A stretch of DNA of 64,000 nt, taken from Alphaproteobacteria bacterium. GTDB lineage: Bacteria; Pseudomonadota; Alphaproteobacteria; Bin95. Positions 29,558-39,311 of the stretch are shown here, one piece after another (the stretch's first letter is position 1; each line of letters starts with the position of its first letter). The DNA lies in the NCBI GenBank assembly GCA_964291285.2, contig OZ219787.1, forward strand, positions 1,728,001 to 1,792,000. Reading direction: 5' to 3'. The translations under genes were made by a program, and so were the position numbers. The notes beneath the pieces were generated by a model. The model ran no database searches. It was not told the DNA's origin and was given only the letters and a program-made list of their open reading frames with translations.

Positions 29558-31941
29558 GCCTCCGCCGCCGGCTCGCGCGGACGCGCCTGCAGGCGCGCTT
29601 GGTGCTGGTCGGCCAGGCGCTCTGGTCGGCCTTCTGGCCGGGCCAGGCAATCCTCGGGGCCTTCTTGCTCCTGGCGCTGAGCGATGCGCTGCCCCGACTG
29701 GACGGCTGGACCCATTCGGCCGTGCTCTGCGCGCTGGCGGCCGCGCTCGGATGGATGGTCTGGCGGGCCGTAAGGCGGTTCCGCCCGCCGACGCGGGAAG
29801 CCGCGGACCGCCAGGTTGAACGGGCGAGCGGCCTCCGACACCGCCCGTTGGCGAGCCTGGAAGACCGTCCAGCAGCGGCGGAACCGGCGGCACGGGCGCT
29901 CTGGGGGGAGCATCTGGCCCGGATTTCCGGGCGAATTCGCCGCTTGCGGGCGGGTTGGCCGGCCGGCGTCATGCCGGCGCAGGACCCCTGGGCCCTGCGC
30001 ATCCTCACACTGGTCTGTCTGGCGACGGCATTCGGCCTTGTCGGCAGTGAGGCCGGGGACCGGCTCGGGCGGGCGCTGACGCCGTCCTTCGCTGCGGCGC
30101 GCGCAGTTGCGCCCGTCTCCGTCGATTTGTGGATCGAGCCGCCGGCCTATACCGGGCGGCCGGCACTGTTCGCCGGGCCCGGGGGAACGGGCTTCGACCT
30201 GCCCGAGGGAAGCAGGATCCATGTGCGTGTGACGGGAGTGGACGAGGAGGTGACGCTGACCGCGGGACCGGACAGCGCACCGCTGGAACATTCCGGCGCG
30301 GTTGCGGAAGGCAGCATGCCGATCCGGATGGGCGGACGCATTGCCGTATCCGCCGGAGACCGGGAGCTGGCAGGCTGGCCGGTCTCGGTGATTCCCGACA
30401 GTCCGCCCACCGCCCACTTCGAATTGCCGCCTTTCGCGACCCAGCGGCATGCAATGCGCATCGAGTATGGCGGGAGCGACGATTACGGCGTCACCGCCAT
30501 GCGGGTCGAAGCGGTTCCAAAGGATGAGCCAACGGCCGAGCCGCTGGTCCTGCCCTTGCCGGTGCTGGGGGAACCCGTAGCGCCTCGCGGCAATGCCTAT
30601 TTCGACCTTACCGCCCATATCTGGGCCGGCCGCGAGGCGACTGTGCAGCTGTTCGCCGTGGACGGCGCCGGACAGGAAGGGGAGGGGCCGCCCCTCCGGT
30701 TCGTGCTGCCCGAACGGAAGTTCGAGCACCCTGTGGCGCGGGCCATTGTCGGGGAGCGCAAGATATTGCGCTGGGAGGGCAAGGACGCTTCGGCGGAACG
30801 GCTGGACGGCATTGCGGCGGGCACGGAACTTTACGATCGGGACCCCGCCGTGACGCTGGCGCTGGCTGTGGCGTCCGCGCGGCTTCGCGGGGCGGAGAAG
30901 GAAGAGCCCGCGCTCACAAGCGTGCGGAGCCTGCTGTGGAAGACCGCGCTCCGGTTGGAGGATGGCGGCCTCGCCCTTGCGGACCGCGAGCTTCGCGCTT
31001 CTCAGGACGCCATCATGCGGGCGCTCGAGACAGGCGCCCCGGCGGAGGAGATCGACCGGCTGTTCGACGAGTTGCGCCGGTCTATCGATCGCCTGTTGCG
31101 CGAACTCGCCTCGAAGGCCGGGGAGGCGGGCGATGAGGCCCAGCCGAACCCCGGCGCGCAGGAGCTTGACCGTCTGGTGGACCGGGAGGGGTTGCAGCAG
31201 ATGGTCGAGCGAATCCGCCGGCTGTGGGAAGCGGGCGCGCGCGACGATGCAAGGGAGCTGCTCGCGCAACTCCAGAACATATTGGAGAACATCCGCCTGG
31301 CGCGGATGGGCGAGGGCCAGGCCGAGCGCCAGGCGGACATGCTGCAGAAGCTCAGGGAGCTGAGGGAGCTGAGCCGCGACCAGCAACGCCTGCTGGACCG
31401 CACCTTTCGCCAGGGACGCCCGCCGCCGGAGGGCCAGCGCAAAGGCCCGCAAGGCGTTCGGCCGGGAGCCGACAGCGGATATCCGGACTTGCAGCGGGCG
31501 CAGGAGGTGCTGCGTCGGCGCCTTGGCGACTATATGCGCGGCCTCGGATCGGACGCAGGACGGGTGCCGCAGGAACTGGAGCGGGCCAACAGGTCGATGC
31601 ACGGCGCTTCCGGCGCGCTTCGGGCCGGCAACCGGGGCGAGGCGCTGGAGGCGCAGGGCCAGGCGCTGCAGGACCTTCAGCAGGCCGGCGAAGCCCTGCT
31701 TGAGAGTTTTGCGCGCGAAGGCGGGGGTCCGGGCGACATGATGGGCGGCCGATCCGAATTCGATCCGCTTGGCCGCCGCGATGGCGGCTTCATGCCGGAC
31801 GGCAGCGATGTCGTGTTGCCCGAGGAAGACAATTTCCAGCGTGCGCGGGATATCCGCGACGAATTGCGCCGGCGCGCCGGTGACGCAGCCCGCCCGCTTC
31901 CGGAGCGCGACTATATCGAAAGGCTGCTTCGCCGGTTTTAG
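29554..31941 (+). CDS. TIGR02302/DUF4175 family membrane-anchored coiled-coil protein
   Basis: HRPL, DPWALR, WIEPPAYTG, DDYGV, DPLGR, ERDYIERLL; follows lysA as in Alphaproteobacteria. Confidence 0.85.
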   Translation: MSLRRRLARTRLQARLVLVGQALWSAFWPGQAILGAFLLLALSDALPRLDGWTHSAVLCALAAALGWMVWRAVRRFRPPTREAADRQVERASGLRHRPLASLEDRPAAAEPAARALWGEHLARISGRIRRLRAGWPAGVMPAQDPWALRILTLVCLATAFGLVGSEAGDRLGRALTPSFAAARAVAPVSVDLWIEPPAYTGRPALFAGPGGTGFDLPEGSRIHVRVTGVDEEVTLTAGPDSAPLEHSGAVAEGSMPIRMGGRIAVSAGDRELAGWPVSVIPDSPPTAHFELPPFATQRHAMRIEYGGSDDYGVTAMRVEAVPKDEPTAEPLVLPLPVLGEPVAPRGNAYFDLTAHIWAGREATVQLFAVDGAGQEGEGPPLRFVLPERKFEHPVARAIVGERKILRWEGKDASAERLDGIAAGTELYDRDPAVTLALAVASARLRGAEKEEPALTSVRSLLWKTALRLEDGGLALADRELRASQDAIMRALETGAPAEEIDRLFDELRRSIDRLLRELASKAGEAGDEAQPNPGAQELDRLVDREGLQQMVERIRRLWEAGARDDARELLAQLQNILENIRLARMGEGQAERQADMLQKLRELRELSRDQQRLLDRTFRQGRPPPEGQRKGPQGVRPGADSGYPDLQRAQEVLRRRLGDYMRGLGSDAGRVPQELERANRSMHGASGALRAGNRGEALEAQGQALQDLQQAGEALLESFAREGGGPGDMMGGRSEFDPLGRRDGGFMPDGSDVVLPEEDNFQRARDIRDELRRRAGDAARPLPERDYIERLLRRF

Positions 31942-32004
31942 CGCAGCGCCGGACGGGCTATGACTGCCCGGTCTCACTTACGAAGCAAGGAAGGGCTGGG
32001 ACAT

Positions 32005-32922
32005 ATGTCCGAGGGAGTATTGGAAGGCAAGGTTGTTCTTGTGACGGGGGCGGGCCGCGGCATCGGTCGCGAGGTAGCGGTTCTGGCGGCCAAAGAAGGC
32101 GCGCATGTGGTCGTGAACGACCTCGGCGGCGATGTCGGCGGTTCGGGGGCGGATGCGACGCCGGCCCAGGAGACCGCGGTGATGATCGGGGAGGCCGGCG
32201 GCGAGGCGGTCGTCAACGGCGACAGCGTTTCGGACTACGAGGCGGCGGGCCGGATGGTCGGCCAGGCGGTGGAGACCTTCGGGCGGATCGACGGGGTCGT
32301 GAATGTGGCGGGCATCCTGCGCGACGTGATCTTCCACAAGATGAGCGAGGCGGACTGGGATGCGGTGATCTCGGTGCATCTGAAGGGCTCGTTCAATGTG
32401 GCGCGCAATGCGGCGGACCATTTCCGGGCGCAGGAGTCCGGCGCGATGGTGCATTTCACCTCGACCTCGGGGCTGATCGGCAATTTCGGCCAGGCGAACT
32501 ACGCGGCGGCGAAGATGGGGATCGTGGGGCTGTCGAAGTCGATCGCGCTCGACATGCAGCGTTTCAATGTGCGCTCCAACTGCATGTCGCCCTTCGCCTG
32601 GACGCGCATGATCGGGACCATCCCGTCAAATACGCCGGAGCAGGAGGCGCGGCTCGCCAAGATCAAGCAGATGACGCCCGCGCAGATCGCGCCGATGGTG
32701 GTCTATCTGCTCTCCGACTTTGCGAGCGGGGTGACGGGCCAGATCTTCGGCAGCCGCATGAACGAACAGATCCTGTTCAACCAGAACCGCCCCGTGCGGT
32801 CCGTCCACCGCAGCGAGGGCTGGTCGCCGGCCGACATCCACGAACACGCGATGCCGGCGCTGAAGGCTGCGTTCACGCCCAACGAGCGCTCGGGCGACGT
32901 CTTCAACTGGGACCCGATCTGA
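32005..32922 (+). CDS. SDR oxidoreductase (MFE-2/3-hydroxyacyl-CoA dehydrogenase-like)
   Basis: TGAGRGIG, VVNDLG, AGILRD, GNFGQANYAAAK. Confidence 0.92.
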   Translation: MSEGVLEGKVVLVTGAGRGIGREVAVLAAKEGAHVVVNDLGGDVGGSGADATPAQETAVMIGEAGGEAVVNGDSVSDYEAAGRMVGQAVETFGRIDGVVNVAGILRDVIFHKMSEADWDAVISVHLKGSFNVARNAADHFRAQESGAMVHFTSTSGLIGNFGQANYAAAKMGIVGLSKSIALDMQRFNVRSNCMSPFAWTRMIGTIPSNTPEQEARLAKIKQMTPAQIAPMVVYLLSDFASGVTGQIFGSRMNEQILFNQNRPVRSVHRSEGWSPADIHEHAMPALKAAFTPNERSGDVFNWDPI

Positions 32923-33024
32923 CGGAGCCTGGAGCACCGTCCTTTCGAGTTGAACCGGAGAGCCGGGAGCTTGCTTCCGGCCTCCCTCCAGCTCCGGGGC
33001 GATGGGCTGCTTCGGGCCCGGCGC

Positions 33025-33813
33025 TCAGGGGATGGCGTCGGCTCCCTGGATCATCGGGCGCCAGTCTGTCGAGCGTACATAGTCGGGGCGCGGGTTCTCG
33101 ACGTCGCGGGGCCGGTTCGCGCAGGCGTTGAAGCAGAAATAGGCGTGCCAGCGGTCCGTCGCCGAGAGGTTGTGGCCGGAGGCGTGCAGCAGGTTGCAGT
33201 GGAAGAGCGCGGCGGTGCCGGGCGGCCCCGTCACCGCAACGGGCTCGGGCAGCGCGTTCATTGCCGCCTTCATGGTTTCCGGCTTCGATGCCCAGAGGCT
33301 GTAGGCCGTCGAGCTGTCGAAATAGGGATCGACGCGCCCGCCGCGGTGGCTGCCCGGCAGGAAATAGAGGCAGCCGTTCATCTCGGTCGCCTCGTCCAGC
33401 ATGACCAGGAAGGTCGCCATGGACGGCTTCTCGATGCCGTCCAGATGCCAGGTGCCGAAGTCCTGGTGCCAGGGCCAGGCGCTGCCCTCGATGGCCGCCT
33501 TCATGTTCACCTTGCAATGGTGGATATAGACCTCGTCCGTGCCGAGCGTCTGCTGGGCCGGGCGCAGGATGCGGGGCGCATGGGCGGCGGCGTGATAGGC
33601 GGGCGAGGCCGTCGGGCCGTCCTCGGCATGGAGGCGGAACATCGTCTTCGGCACGCCGCCCGACCCCTCGCGGAAGACGCATTCGTCATCGAGCCCTGCG
33701 ACCCGCTCGGCTTCTTCGCGCAGCCGCCCGACCTCCTCGGGCGAAAACAGCGCCGGGAAAATGAGGAAACCGTCCCGCTGAAACTGTTCGACCTGCCGTT
33801 CCGTCAGCTCCAT
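33025..33813 (-). CDS. PhyH-family Fe(II)/2OG dioxygenase
   Basis: WHQD (HxD), NGCLYFLPGSH, LLHASGHN...R. Confidence 0.9.
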   Translation of the reverse strand: MELTERQVEQFQRDGFLIFPALFSPEEVGRLREEAERVAGLDDECVFREGSGGVPKTMFRLHAEDGPTASPAYHAAAHAPRILRPAQQTLGTDEVYIHHCKVNMKAAIEGSAWPWHQDFGTWHLDGIEKPSMATFLVMLDEATEMNGCLYFLPGSHRGGRVDPYFDSSTAYSLWASKPETMKAAMNALPEPVAVTGPPGTAALFHCNLLHASGHNLSATDRWHAYFCFNACANRPRDVENPRPDYVRSTDWRPMIQGADAIP

Positions 33814-33841
33814 GGCGCCTCTCCCTCACCTCGCAACCGGG

Positions 33842-35008
33842 TTATATCCCGATATCCTCCAGATTGTAGTCGCGGATATCCTCCTTCGCCGCCGGCGTCC
33901 AGCGGCGGCGTTCGGCCTCGCCGGCGAGAGGTTCATAACGATAGGGTTCCTCGTCGGGCCAGCGCTGGCGGCGGGCGTCGATGGCGTAGAGGATGAGCCG
34001 CGCGCGGCGCCGGATATAGTCCGCGTCGTAAACCGAGACCGGGTTGTGGACGCCGCCACTGCGCACGCCCAGCACGGAGCGCCGCCGGTGGAAGCCCATG
34101 TTCAGGGTCACGCGCGGCCTCGAGCCGGTATTGGCGAAGGAGCCGTGGAGCGCCTGCCGGTTCACGATCGCCACGTCGCCGGGAGCGCAGATCAGCGGCA
34201 CGGCCTTCGGCAGCCGGTCCGAGCCCGCGGCCGCCACCATCGCCCTGATGTCCACCCGGCCGCCGTTGTGCGAGCCCGGCACCACCCATAGGCCGTTCAC
34301 GGCGTCGCAACCGTAGAGCTGCGCCATGAGGTTGAAGCCGTGGCTGCCTTCGTCCAGTTCCGGACTGTCCCAATGGGTCCAGCCGTCCTGGTGCCAGGCG
34401 ACGGAGCCGCCGAGGCGCGGATGCTTGATCCAGACGGCCTCGTTGAAGGGCGTGAAGTCCGGCCCGTTCACCGCCTCCGCCACCCGCAGCAGGCCGGGGT
34501 GTCCGTAGAGGCGCAGGCAGGCGTCCGAATATTGCAGCGAGCCGTGGATGAGCTGCAGCACATGCGAGGGCGCATCCTCCGGCGCCTCCGGCTCCAGCAT
34601 CTTGGCGGGATGCCGGCCGTGGGCATAGTCCGTGCCGCCCACCGGGTCGGACAGCGGCTTGACCCAGCCGAGGCCGCGCCCCTTCCTGCCGTGGTCGAAA
34701 GCGGGCCGGCCGTGCCTGTCGGTTTCCGCGCCCGGAGAAACAGGCGCGCGGTCCAGCAGGTCGACAAGGTCGCGTTCGATCTCGGCCAGTTCCTCCGGTC
34801 CGAGTACGCCCTCGAAGACGTAGAAGCCGTGCCGCCAGTACGAGTCGAGGATCGCCGGGTCGAGTGAGCCGTCCGGGCCGAAGCGGAGTGGCCCCCGGTT
34901 GTCGAGGGCGAGCGCCCGCGCCGTGCCGGCCTCGCGGTAACGAAACATGTCCGCTTCGGCCTCGCCGTAATCGACGGGCGGGGCTTCGTAGAGGGCGAGG
35001 GCGGTCAT
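33842..35008 (-). CDS. Large PhyH-family Fe(II)/2OG dioxygenase
   Basis: VAWHQDG, LWVVPGSH, ALHGSFAN...R. Confidence 0.88.
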   Translation of the reverse strand: MTALALYEAPPVDYGEAEADMFRYREAGTARALALDNRGPLRFGPDGSLDPAILDSYWRHGFYVFEGVLGPEELAEIERDLVDLLDRAPVSPGAETDRHGRPAFDHGRKGRGLGWVKPLSDPVGGTDYAHGRHPAKMLEPEAPEDAPSHVLQLIHGSLQYSDACLRLYGHPGLLRVAEAVNGPDFTPFNEAVWIKHPRLGGSVAWHQDGWTHWDSPELDEGSHGFNLMAQLYGCDAVNGLWVVPGSHNGGRVDIRAMVAAAGSDRLPKAVPLICAPGDVAIVNRQALHGSFANTGSRPRVTLNMGFHRRRSVLGVRSGGVHNPVSVYDADYIRRRARLILYAIDARRQRWPDEEPYRYEPLAGEAERRRWTPAAKEDIRDYNLEDIGI

Positions 35009-35009
35009 T

Positions 35010-35906
35010 TCAGCGGTTCGCCGCCGCCGGCTCGAAGCTGTCGGCGCGCTCGTCCCGCCCGGTCTCGGCCAGCTCGCTTGCCGGGTCGCCCGCAACCCGC
35101 ACATGGCGCAGCACGCGGGGCTCGCTGTAGTCGTAAGGCATGGCCCGGTGCAGCACGCAGCGATTGTCCCAGATCATCAGGTCGCCGGGCTCCCAGGAAT
35201 GCGAATAGACGCGCGGCGCCCGGCAGGCATGGTCCAGCAACTCGTCGAGCAGCGCCTGGGCGTCCCCGTCCGCCATGCCGGGAATGCGGAAGGCGTGGCG
35301 GCCGATGAACAGCGACTTCCGCCCGGTCACCGGATGGGTCTTGACCAGTGGTCTGAGCGGCGCGCCCCTGGTGTGATAGCCGTAGCCTTCCCCGGTCTTG
35401 AACTCGAAGCCCGCCTTCGCCTGCGAGGCGTAAAGCGAGTGGTAGGCGGAGAGGCTGGCGATGCGCTCCTTCACCTTGTCGTCCAGCGTGTCGTAGGCGT
35501 CGCGCATGTCGGCCAGCTCGGTCTCGCCGCCCTTCGAGGGCGTTATTTCCGCGGCGAGCGCGGAGGCCTTGGCGGCCAGCGGCATGTAGGAGCTGTCCGT
35601 GTGCCAGCCTTCATTGCCGCGCAGCGTCTGGTAGCGCTTCTCCTCCGGCTTCATGATTTCGCCGTCGGCCCGTTTGTTGGAGACGCGCACCGCCTTGGCA
35701 TCGCCCCGGAGATATTCGATGTCCCCGAACCGCTCGCCGAAGGCGATGTGCTCCTCGTCGGTCAGATGCTGCGCCGGGAAGACGAGCGCGCCGTATTCGT
35801 GGAACGCGTCCTCGACCTCGCGCCATTCGCCGTCGCTCATGTCGCCGAGCGCAACGCCGGTGATCCGCGCGCCCAGGGTGCAGTCGAGAGGGGCGATATC
35901 GACCAT
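35010..35906 (-). CDS. TauD/TfdA-family Fe(II)/2OG dioxygenase
   Basis: WHTDSSY, GGET.LADM..AY, HPVTGRKSL, WDNRCVLHRA. Confidence 0.92.
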   Translation of the reverse strand: MVDIAPLDCTLGARITGVALGDMSDGEWREVEDAFHEYGALVFPAQHLTDEEHIAFGERFGDIEYLRGDAKAVRVSNKRADGEIMKPEEKRYQTLRGNEGWHTDSSYMPLAAKASALAAEITPSKGGETELADMRDAYDTLDDKVKERIASLSAYHSLYASQAKAGFEFKTGEGYGYHTRGAPLRPLVKTHPVTGRKSLFIGRHAFRIPGMADGDAQALLDELLDHACRAPRVYSHSWEPGDLMIWDNRCVLHRAMPYDYSEPRVLRHVRVAGDPASELAETGRDERADSFEPAAANR

Positions 35907-36021
35907 GAAACCTCTCCTCGCCGGTCTTCCCGGATATTGCGACGGCGCCGGTCCCGCTGCAAGGGTGCGCGCCAACGCCCGCCATGCCAGAATAGAGGCG
36001 GCGCCGATCTCGGGGAGGGGG

Positions 36022-36756
36022 ATGACCGCGAAATTCGACTATTCGGGCAGGCTCGTGCTGGTGACGGGCGGGTCGAGCGGCATCGGCCGGGCCATTGCCG
36101 TCGGGTTCCGCGACGCCGGCGCGGCGGTCACCGTGCTCGGCACGCGGGGCGGACCGGAGGACTATCCCGACGAGCTCGCGGGCATGACCTACCGCCGGCT
36201 CGACATGACCGACAATGACGGCATCCTTGCGCTGGCGGCGGACATGCCGGCGCTCGATGTGCTGGTCAACTCGGCAGGCACCACCGTGCGCGGCCCCGCG
36301 GCCTTCGAGCCGGACAATTTCGAATACACGGTGCAGGTGAACCTGAACGGCGCCTATCGCATGTCGCACGCCTTCCGGGAGCAGCTGAAGGCGTCCGGCG
36401 GCTCGATCGTCAACATCGCCTCGATGACGAGCTATTTCTCCTCGCCGCGCGGGCCGGGTTACGGCGCCTCCAAGGCCGGCATCCTCCAGCTGACGCAGTC
36501 GCTCGCCTCCGCCTGGGCGCCGGACGGCATCCGCGTCAACGGCATCGCGCCCGGCTGGATCGCGACCAAGCTCACCGCCCCGGTGCAGGCCAACGAGCCG
36601 GTCAACCGGAAAATCATGGAACGCACGCCGATGGGCCGCTGGGGGCAGCCGGAGGAAATGGCCGGGACGGCGCTCTTCCTGGCCTCCGACGCCGCCGGCT
36701 TCGTCACCGGCGTCACGGTCCCGGTGGACGGCGGCTGGTCCGCCGAGGGCGTCTGA
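36022..36756 (+). CDS. SDR oxidoreductase
   Basis: TGGSSGIG, NSAG, YGASK, IRVNGIAPG, VDGG. Confidence 0.92.
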   Translation: MTAKFDYSGRLVLVTGGSSGIGRAIAVGFRDAGAAVTVLGTRGGPEDYPDELAGMTYRRLDMTDNDGILALAADMPALDVLVNSAGTTVRGPAAFEPDNFEYTVQVNLNGAYRMSHAFREQLKASGGSIVNIASMTSYFSSPRGPGYGASKAGILQLTQSLASAWAPDGIRVNGIAPGWIATKLTAPVQANEPVNRKIMERTPMGRWGQPEEMAGTALFLASDAAGFVTGVTVPVDGGWSAEGV

Positions 36757-36771
36757 ACGGCTGGCCGCCGG

Positions 36772-37043
36772 AGCCGGTCGCCGCGACAAGCGGATTCGGA
36801 AGATATCGCCAGGTCCTAAGCCCCGGAGAAGTCAACAGCTTCCACAGTCAGGGCGACTTTAGGGAACGTTCGTATATTGGCCCCTGTTTTATTGAAACGA
36901 CATCATAAAGTCGATTTCTTACACGTACATTTTACACATGATGTTCTACAATTGAGCAGAATCGGTCTGCCGGCTCGAGGAAACGGAATGCTGCGGGCCG
37001 GCAGCCGGTCGCCGCGACAACCGGATTGAGGGAGATATCGCCA
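36772..37043 (+). repeat. Imperfect ~40-bp direct repeat (36772-36811 and 37003-37043) flanking an AT-rich spacer
   Basis: agccggtcgccgcgacaagcggattcggaagatatcgcca vs agccggtcgccgcgacaaccggattgagggagatatcgcca. Confidence 0.9.
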
Positions 37044-37426
37044 TGACGAAACGCGAAAACAGCGCAGTCGGGAGAATGCCCGTGAGGAAAACGGCGGCCG
37101 GCCTGTCGGCCGCATTGGCCCTTCTGGTCCTGGGCGCCGGCCCGTCGCTTGCGGCGGACTATCCCTGCTTCGACGATCCGCCGGCCTGCATGTCGTCCAC
37201 CATATCCAATGGCGGCCACCTGATCACGGTCACGAACAACTCTTGCCAGGGCGATGTGCATGTGACGGCCCATGTCGGGGAGAACAGGACCCCGCATCCC
37301 CCGTCCAGTTCCCTGTCTCTGGGCGAGTCCAGCAGCTGGAATTCGCCTTCATGGTGGAACCCCTATGTCGGCTTCGGGTGTTGCAAGAAATTCGTGATCG
37401 GCCAAGGATATACCTGTATCAGGTAA
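37043..37426 (+). CDS. Small secreted Cys-rich hypothetical protein
   Basis: GAGGGA RBS; signal peptide ending GPSLA; six Cys in the ~90-aa mature part. Confidence 0.7.
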   Translation: MTKRENSAVGRMPVRKTAAGLSAALALLVLGAGPSLAADYPCFDDPPACMSSTISNGGHLITVTNNSCQGDVHVTAHVGENRTPHPPSSSLSLGESSSWNSPSWWNPYVGFGCCKKFVIGQGYTCIR

Positions 37427-37471
37427 TGCCCCGGCCCGCCGGGAGCCGTTCTCAACCGAAGGAATGCCTGC

Positions 37472-38740
37472 ATGACGCTGTCCAGCGTAAGCGATGTCGA
37501 CGCCTCGTCGCCGAAACATCTCCGGGGGCGCTACGCCATCGCCGGGGTGGGAGAGACCGACTATATGCGCGGCTCGGAATACTCGACCCGCTCGCTCGCC
37601 ACCTGGGCGGTCAGGAACGCGATGGAGGATGCGGGCCTCGCGCCGGGCGATATCGACGGCATGCTGAGCTATTCCGGCAACGACTCGGTCTTTTCGCCCT
37701 TCGTGGCCGGCGACCTCGGCATCCGGCTGAACTTCTACATGGACGTGCATGGCGGCGGGTCCTCGACCGAAGCGCTGATCGGCATCGCCATCGGCGTGAT
37801 CGAGGCCGGCATGTGCAAGACGGTGGCGGTCTTCCGGTCGATGAACGGCTACAGCCAGGTGCGCATCGGCGGCACCGGCGCGCGCTCGGCCGTTCCGATC
37901 AACGGCGACCAGATCCACCACCGCGCCTATGGCTGGCAGAGCGCCGGGCAGATGTTCGCCCCGACCTTCCTGCGCCACATGTACGACTACGGCACCACGC
38001 CGGAGCAGGTGGCGGCGGTCAAGGTCGCCCACTCCAAGCACGCCTCCAACAACCCGAAGGCCTATTACAAGCGCCGCTTCACCGTCGAGGACGTGGTCAG
38101 CAGCCGCATCATCTGCAAGCCGCTGCACCTGCTGGACTGCTGCGTCGAGACCGACAACGCCACCTGCATCATCGTCACGAGGCTTGACCGGGCGCGAGAC
38201 TGCCGCCAGCCGCCGGCAGTCATCCAGTCCGTGGTCGGCCGCTGCTGCAAGCCGCGCATCGACATGCACTACCAGCACGGGCCGATCTCGACCGTCGCCG
38301 GCCACTACGCCAAGGACATCTTGTTTCCGAATGCGGGCGTCTCCCCGGAAGACATCGACCTGACCGGCTCCTACGACGCCTTCACCTTCACCACCATGCT
38401 GCAGCTCGAAGACTACGGCTTCTGCAAGAAGGGCGAGGGCGGCGACTATGTGTCCTCGGGGATCATCGAGCTCGGCGGCAAGCGGCCGAACAACACCTCC
38501 GGCGGCCATCTCTGCGAGGGCTACACCCACGGCATGAACATGGTGATCGAGAACACCCGCCAGTTGCGCGGCGACGCGGACGACAGCTGCCCCATCGGGC
38601 CGGACGGCAAGCGCCAGCACACTCACGACTACAGCGAAGGCGGCTGCCGGCAGGTGAAGGACGTGGAGCTGACTGCCAATCTCGGCTGGGCCATGCCGGG
38701 CACCGGCTCCGCCATGATCATGTCCAAAGACGCGCGCTGA
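37472..38740 (+). CDS. SCP-x/Ltp2-like thiolase-superfamily protein
   Basis: AIAGVGET, DCCVETD, SYDAFT, NTSGGHLCEGYTHG. Confidence 0.88.
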   Translation: MTLSSVSDVDASSPKHLRGRYAIAGVGETDYMRGSEYSTRSLATWAVRNAMEDAGLAPGDIDGMLSYSGNDSVFSPFVAGDLGIRLNFYMDVHGGGSSTEALIGIAIGVIEAGMCKTVAVFRSMNGYSQVRIGGTGARSAVPINGDQIHHRAYGWQSAGQMFAPTFLRHMYDYGTTPEQVAAVKVAHSKHASNNPKAYYKRRFTVEDVVSSRIICKPLHLLDCCVETDNATCIIVTRLDRARDCRQPPAVIQSVVGRCCKPRIDMHYQHGPISTVAGHYAKDILFPNAGVSPEDIDLTGSYDAFTFTTMLQLEDYGFCKKGEGGDYVSSGIIELGGKRPNNTSGGHLCEGYTHGMNMVIENTRQLRGDADDSCPIGPDGKRQHTHDYSEGGCRQVKDVELTANLGWAMPGTGSAMIMSKDAR

Positions 38741-38755
38741 GGGGGAGACGGGACG

Positions 38756-39277
38756 ATGCCGCTTCAAGGCGAATATATGGGCATGATGCTCACCGTGGAC
38801 GATGTGGACCGCGAAAACCGGGAGTTCTTCGCCTGGTGCGGCAAGGGCGAGTTCCGCCTGCAGCGGAGCCTGGAGAGCGGGCTGCTGCGCTACCCGCCGA
38901 CCACCGCGTGCCCCTGGAGCACCGACCGCGACTATGAGTGGGTCCCGGTCGAGGGCAGGGGCGCGGTGCATTCCTATGTGGAAGTGCACCACCCGATCCA
39001 GCCGGCCTTCCGCGACAAGGTCCCTTACATGATCCTGCTGGTCGATCTCGACACGCAGAAGGGCGAGCCCTCGGAGCATGAAGCGCTCAGGGTCGCGGGC
39101 AACCTCGTCACCGCGGACGGCGAATTCGCGCCGCCGGAGACGATCCGGTCGGTCGGTATCGGCACGCGGGTGCGCATGGTGTTCTCGAAGGTCGCGGACG
39201 GCTTCTCGCTGCCGCAATGGACCATCGACGAGGAGGCCGACCAGCCGGAAGCGCCCTGGCGCTACCCGCAGGAATAG
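38756..39277 (+). CDS. DUF35 OB-fold partner protein
   Basis: FF..C..GE.RLQ, RYPP...CP, EGRG.VHSY, PY...VDL; adjacent to thiolase. Confidence 0.85.
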   Translation: MPLQGEYMGMMLTVDDVDRENREFFAWCGKGEFRLQRSLESGLLRYPPTTACPWSTDRDYEWVPVEGRGAVHSYVEVHHPIQPAFRDKVPYMILLVDLDTQKGEPSEHEALRVAGNLVTADGEFAPPETIRSVGIGTRVRMVFSKVADGFSLPQWTIDEEADQPEAPWRYPQE

Positions 39278-39311
39278 GCCGCTCCCTGCCGCCCCGGCCG
39301 CCGAATCCCTA

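Noticed and set aside
33025-33813. Ectoine hydroxylase EctD
   Set aside because: WPWHQDFGTWHLDG departs from the EctD signature (WHSDFETWH.EDG), and no ect genes are nearby
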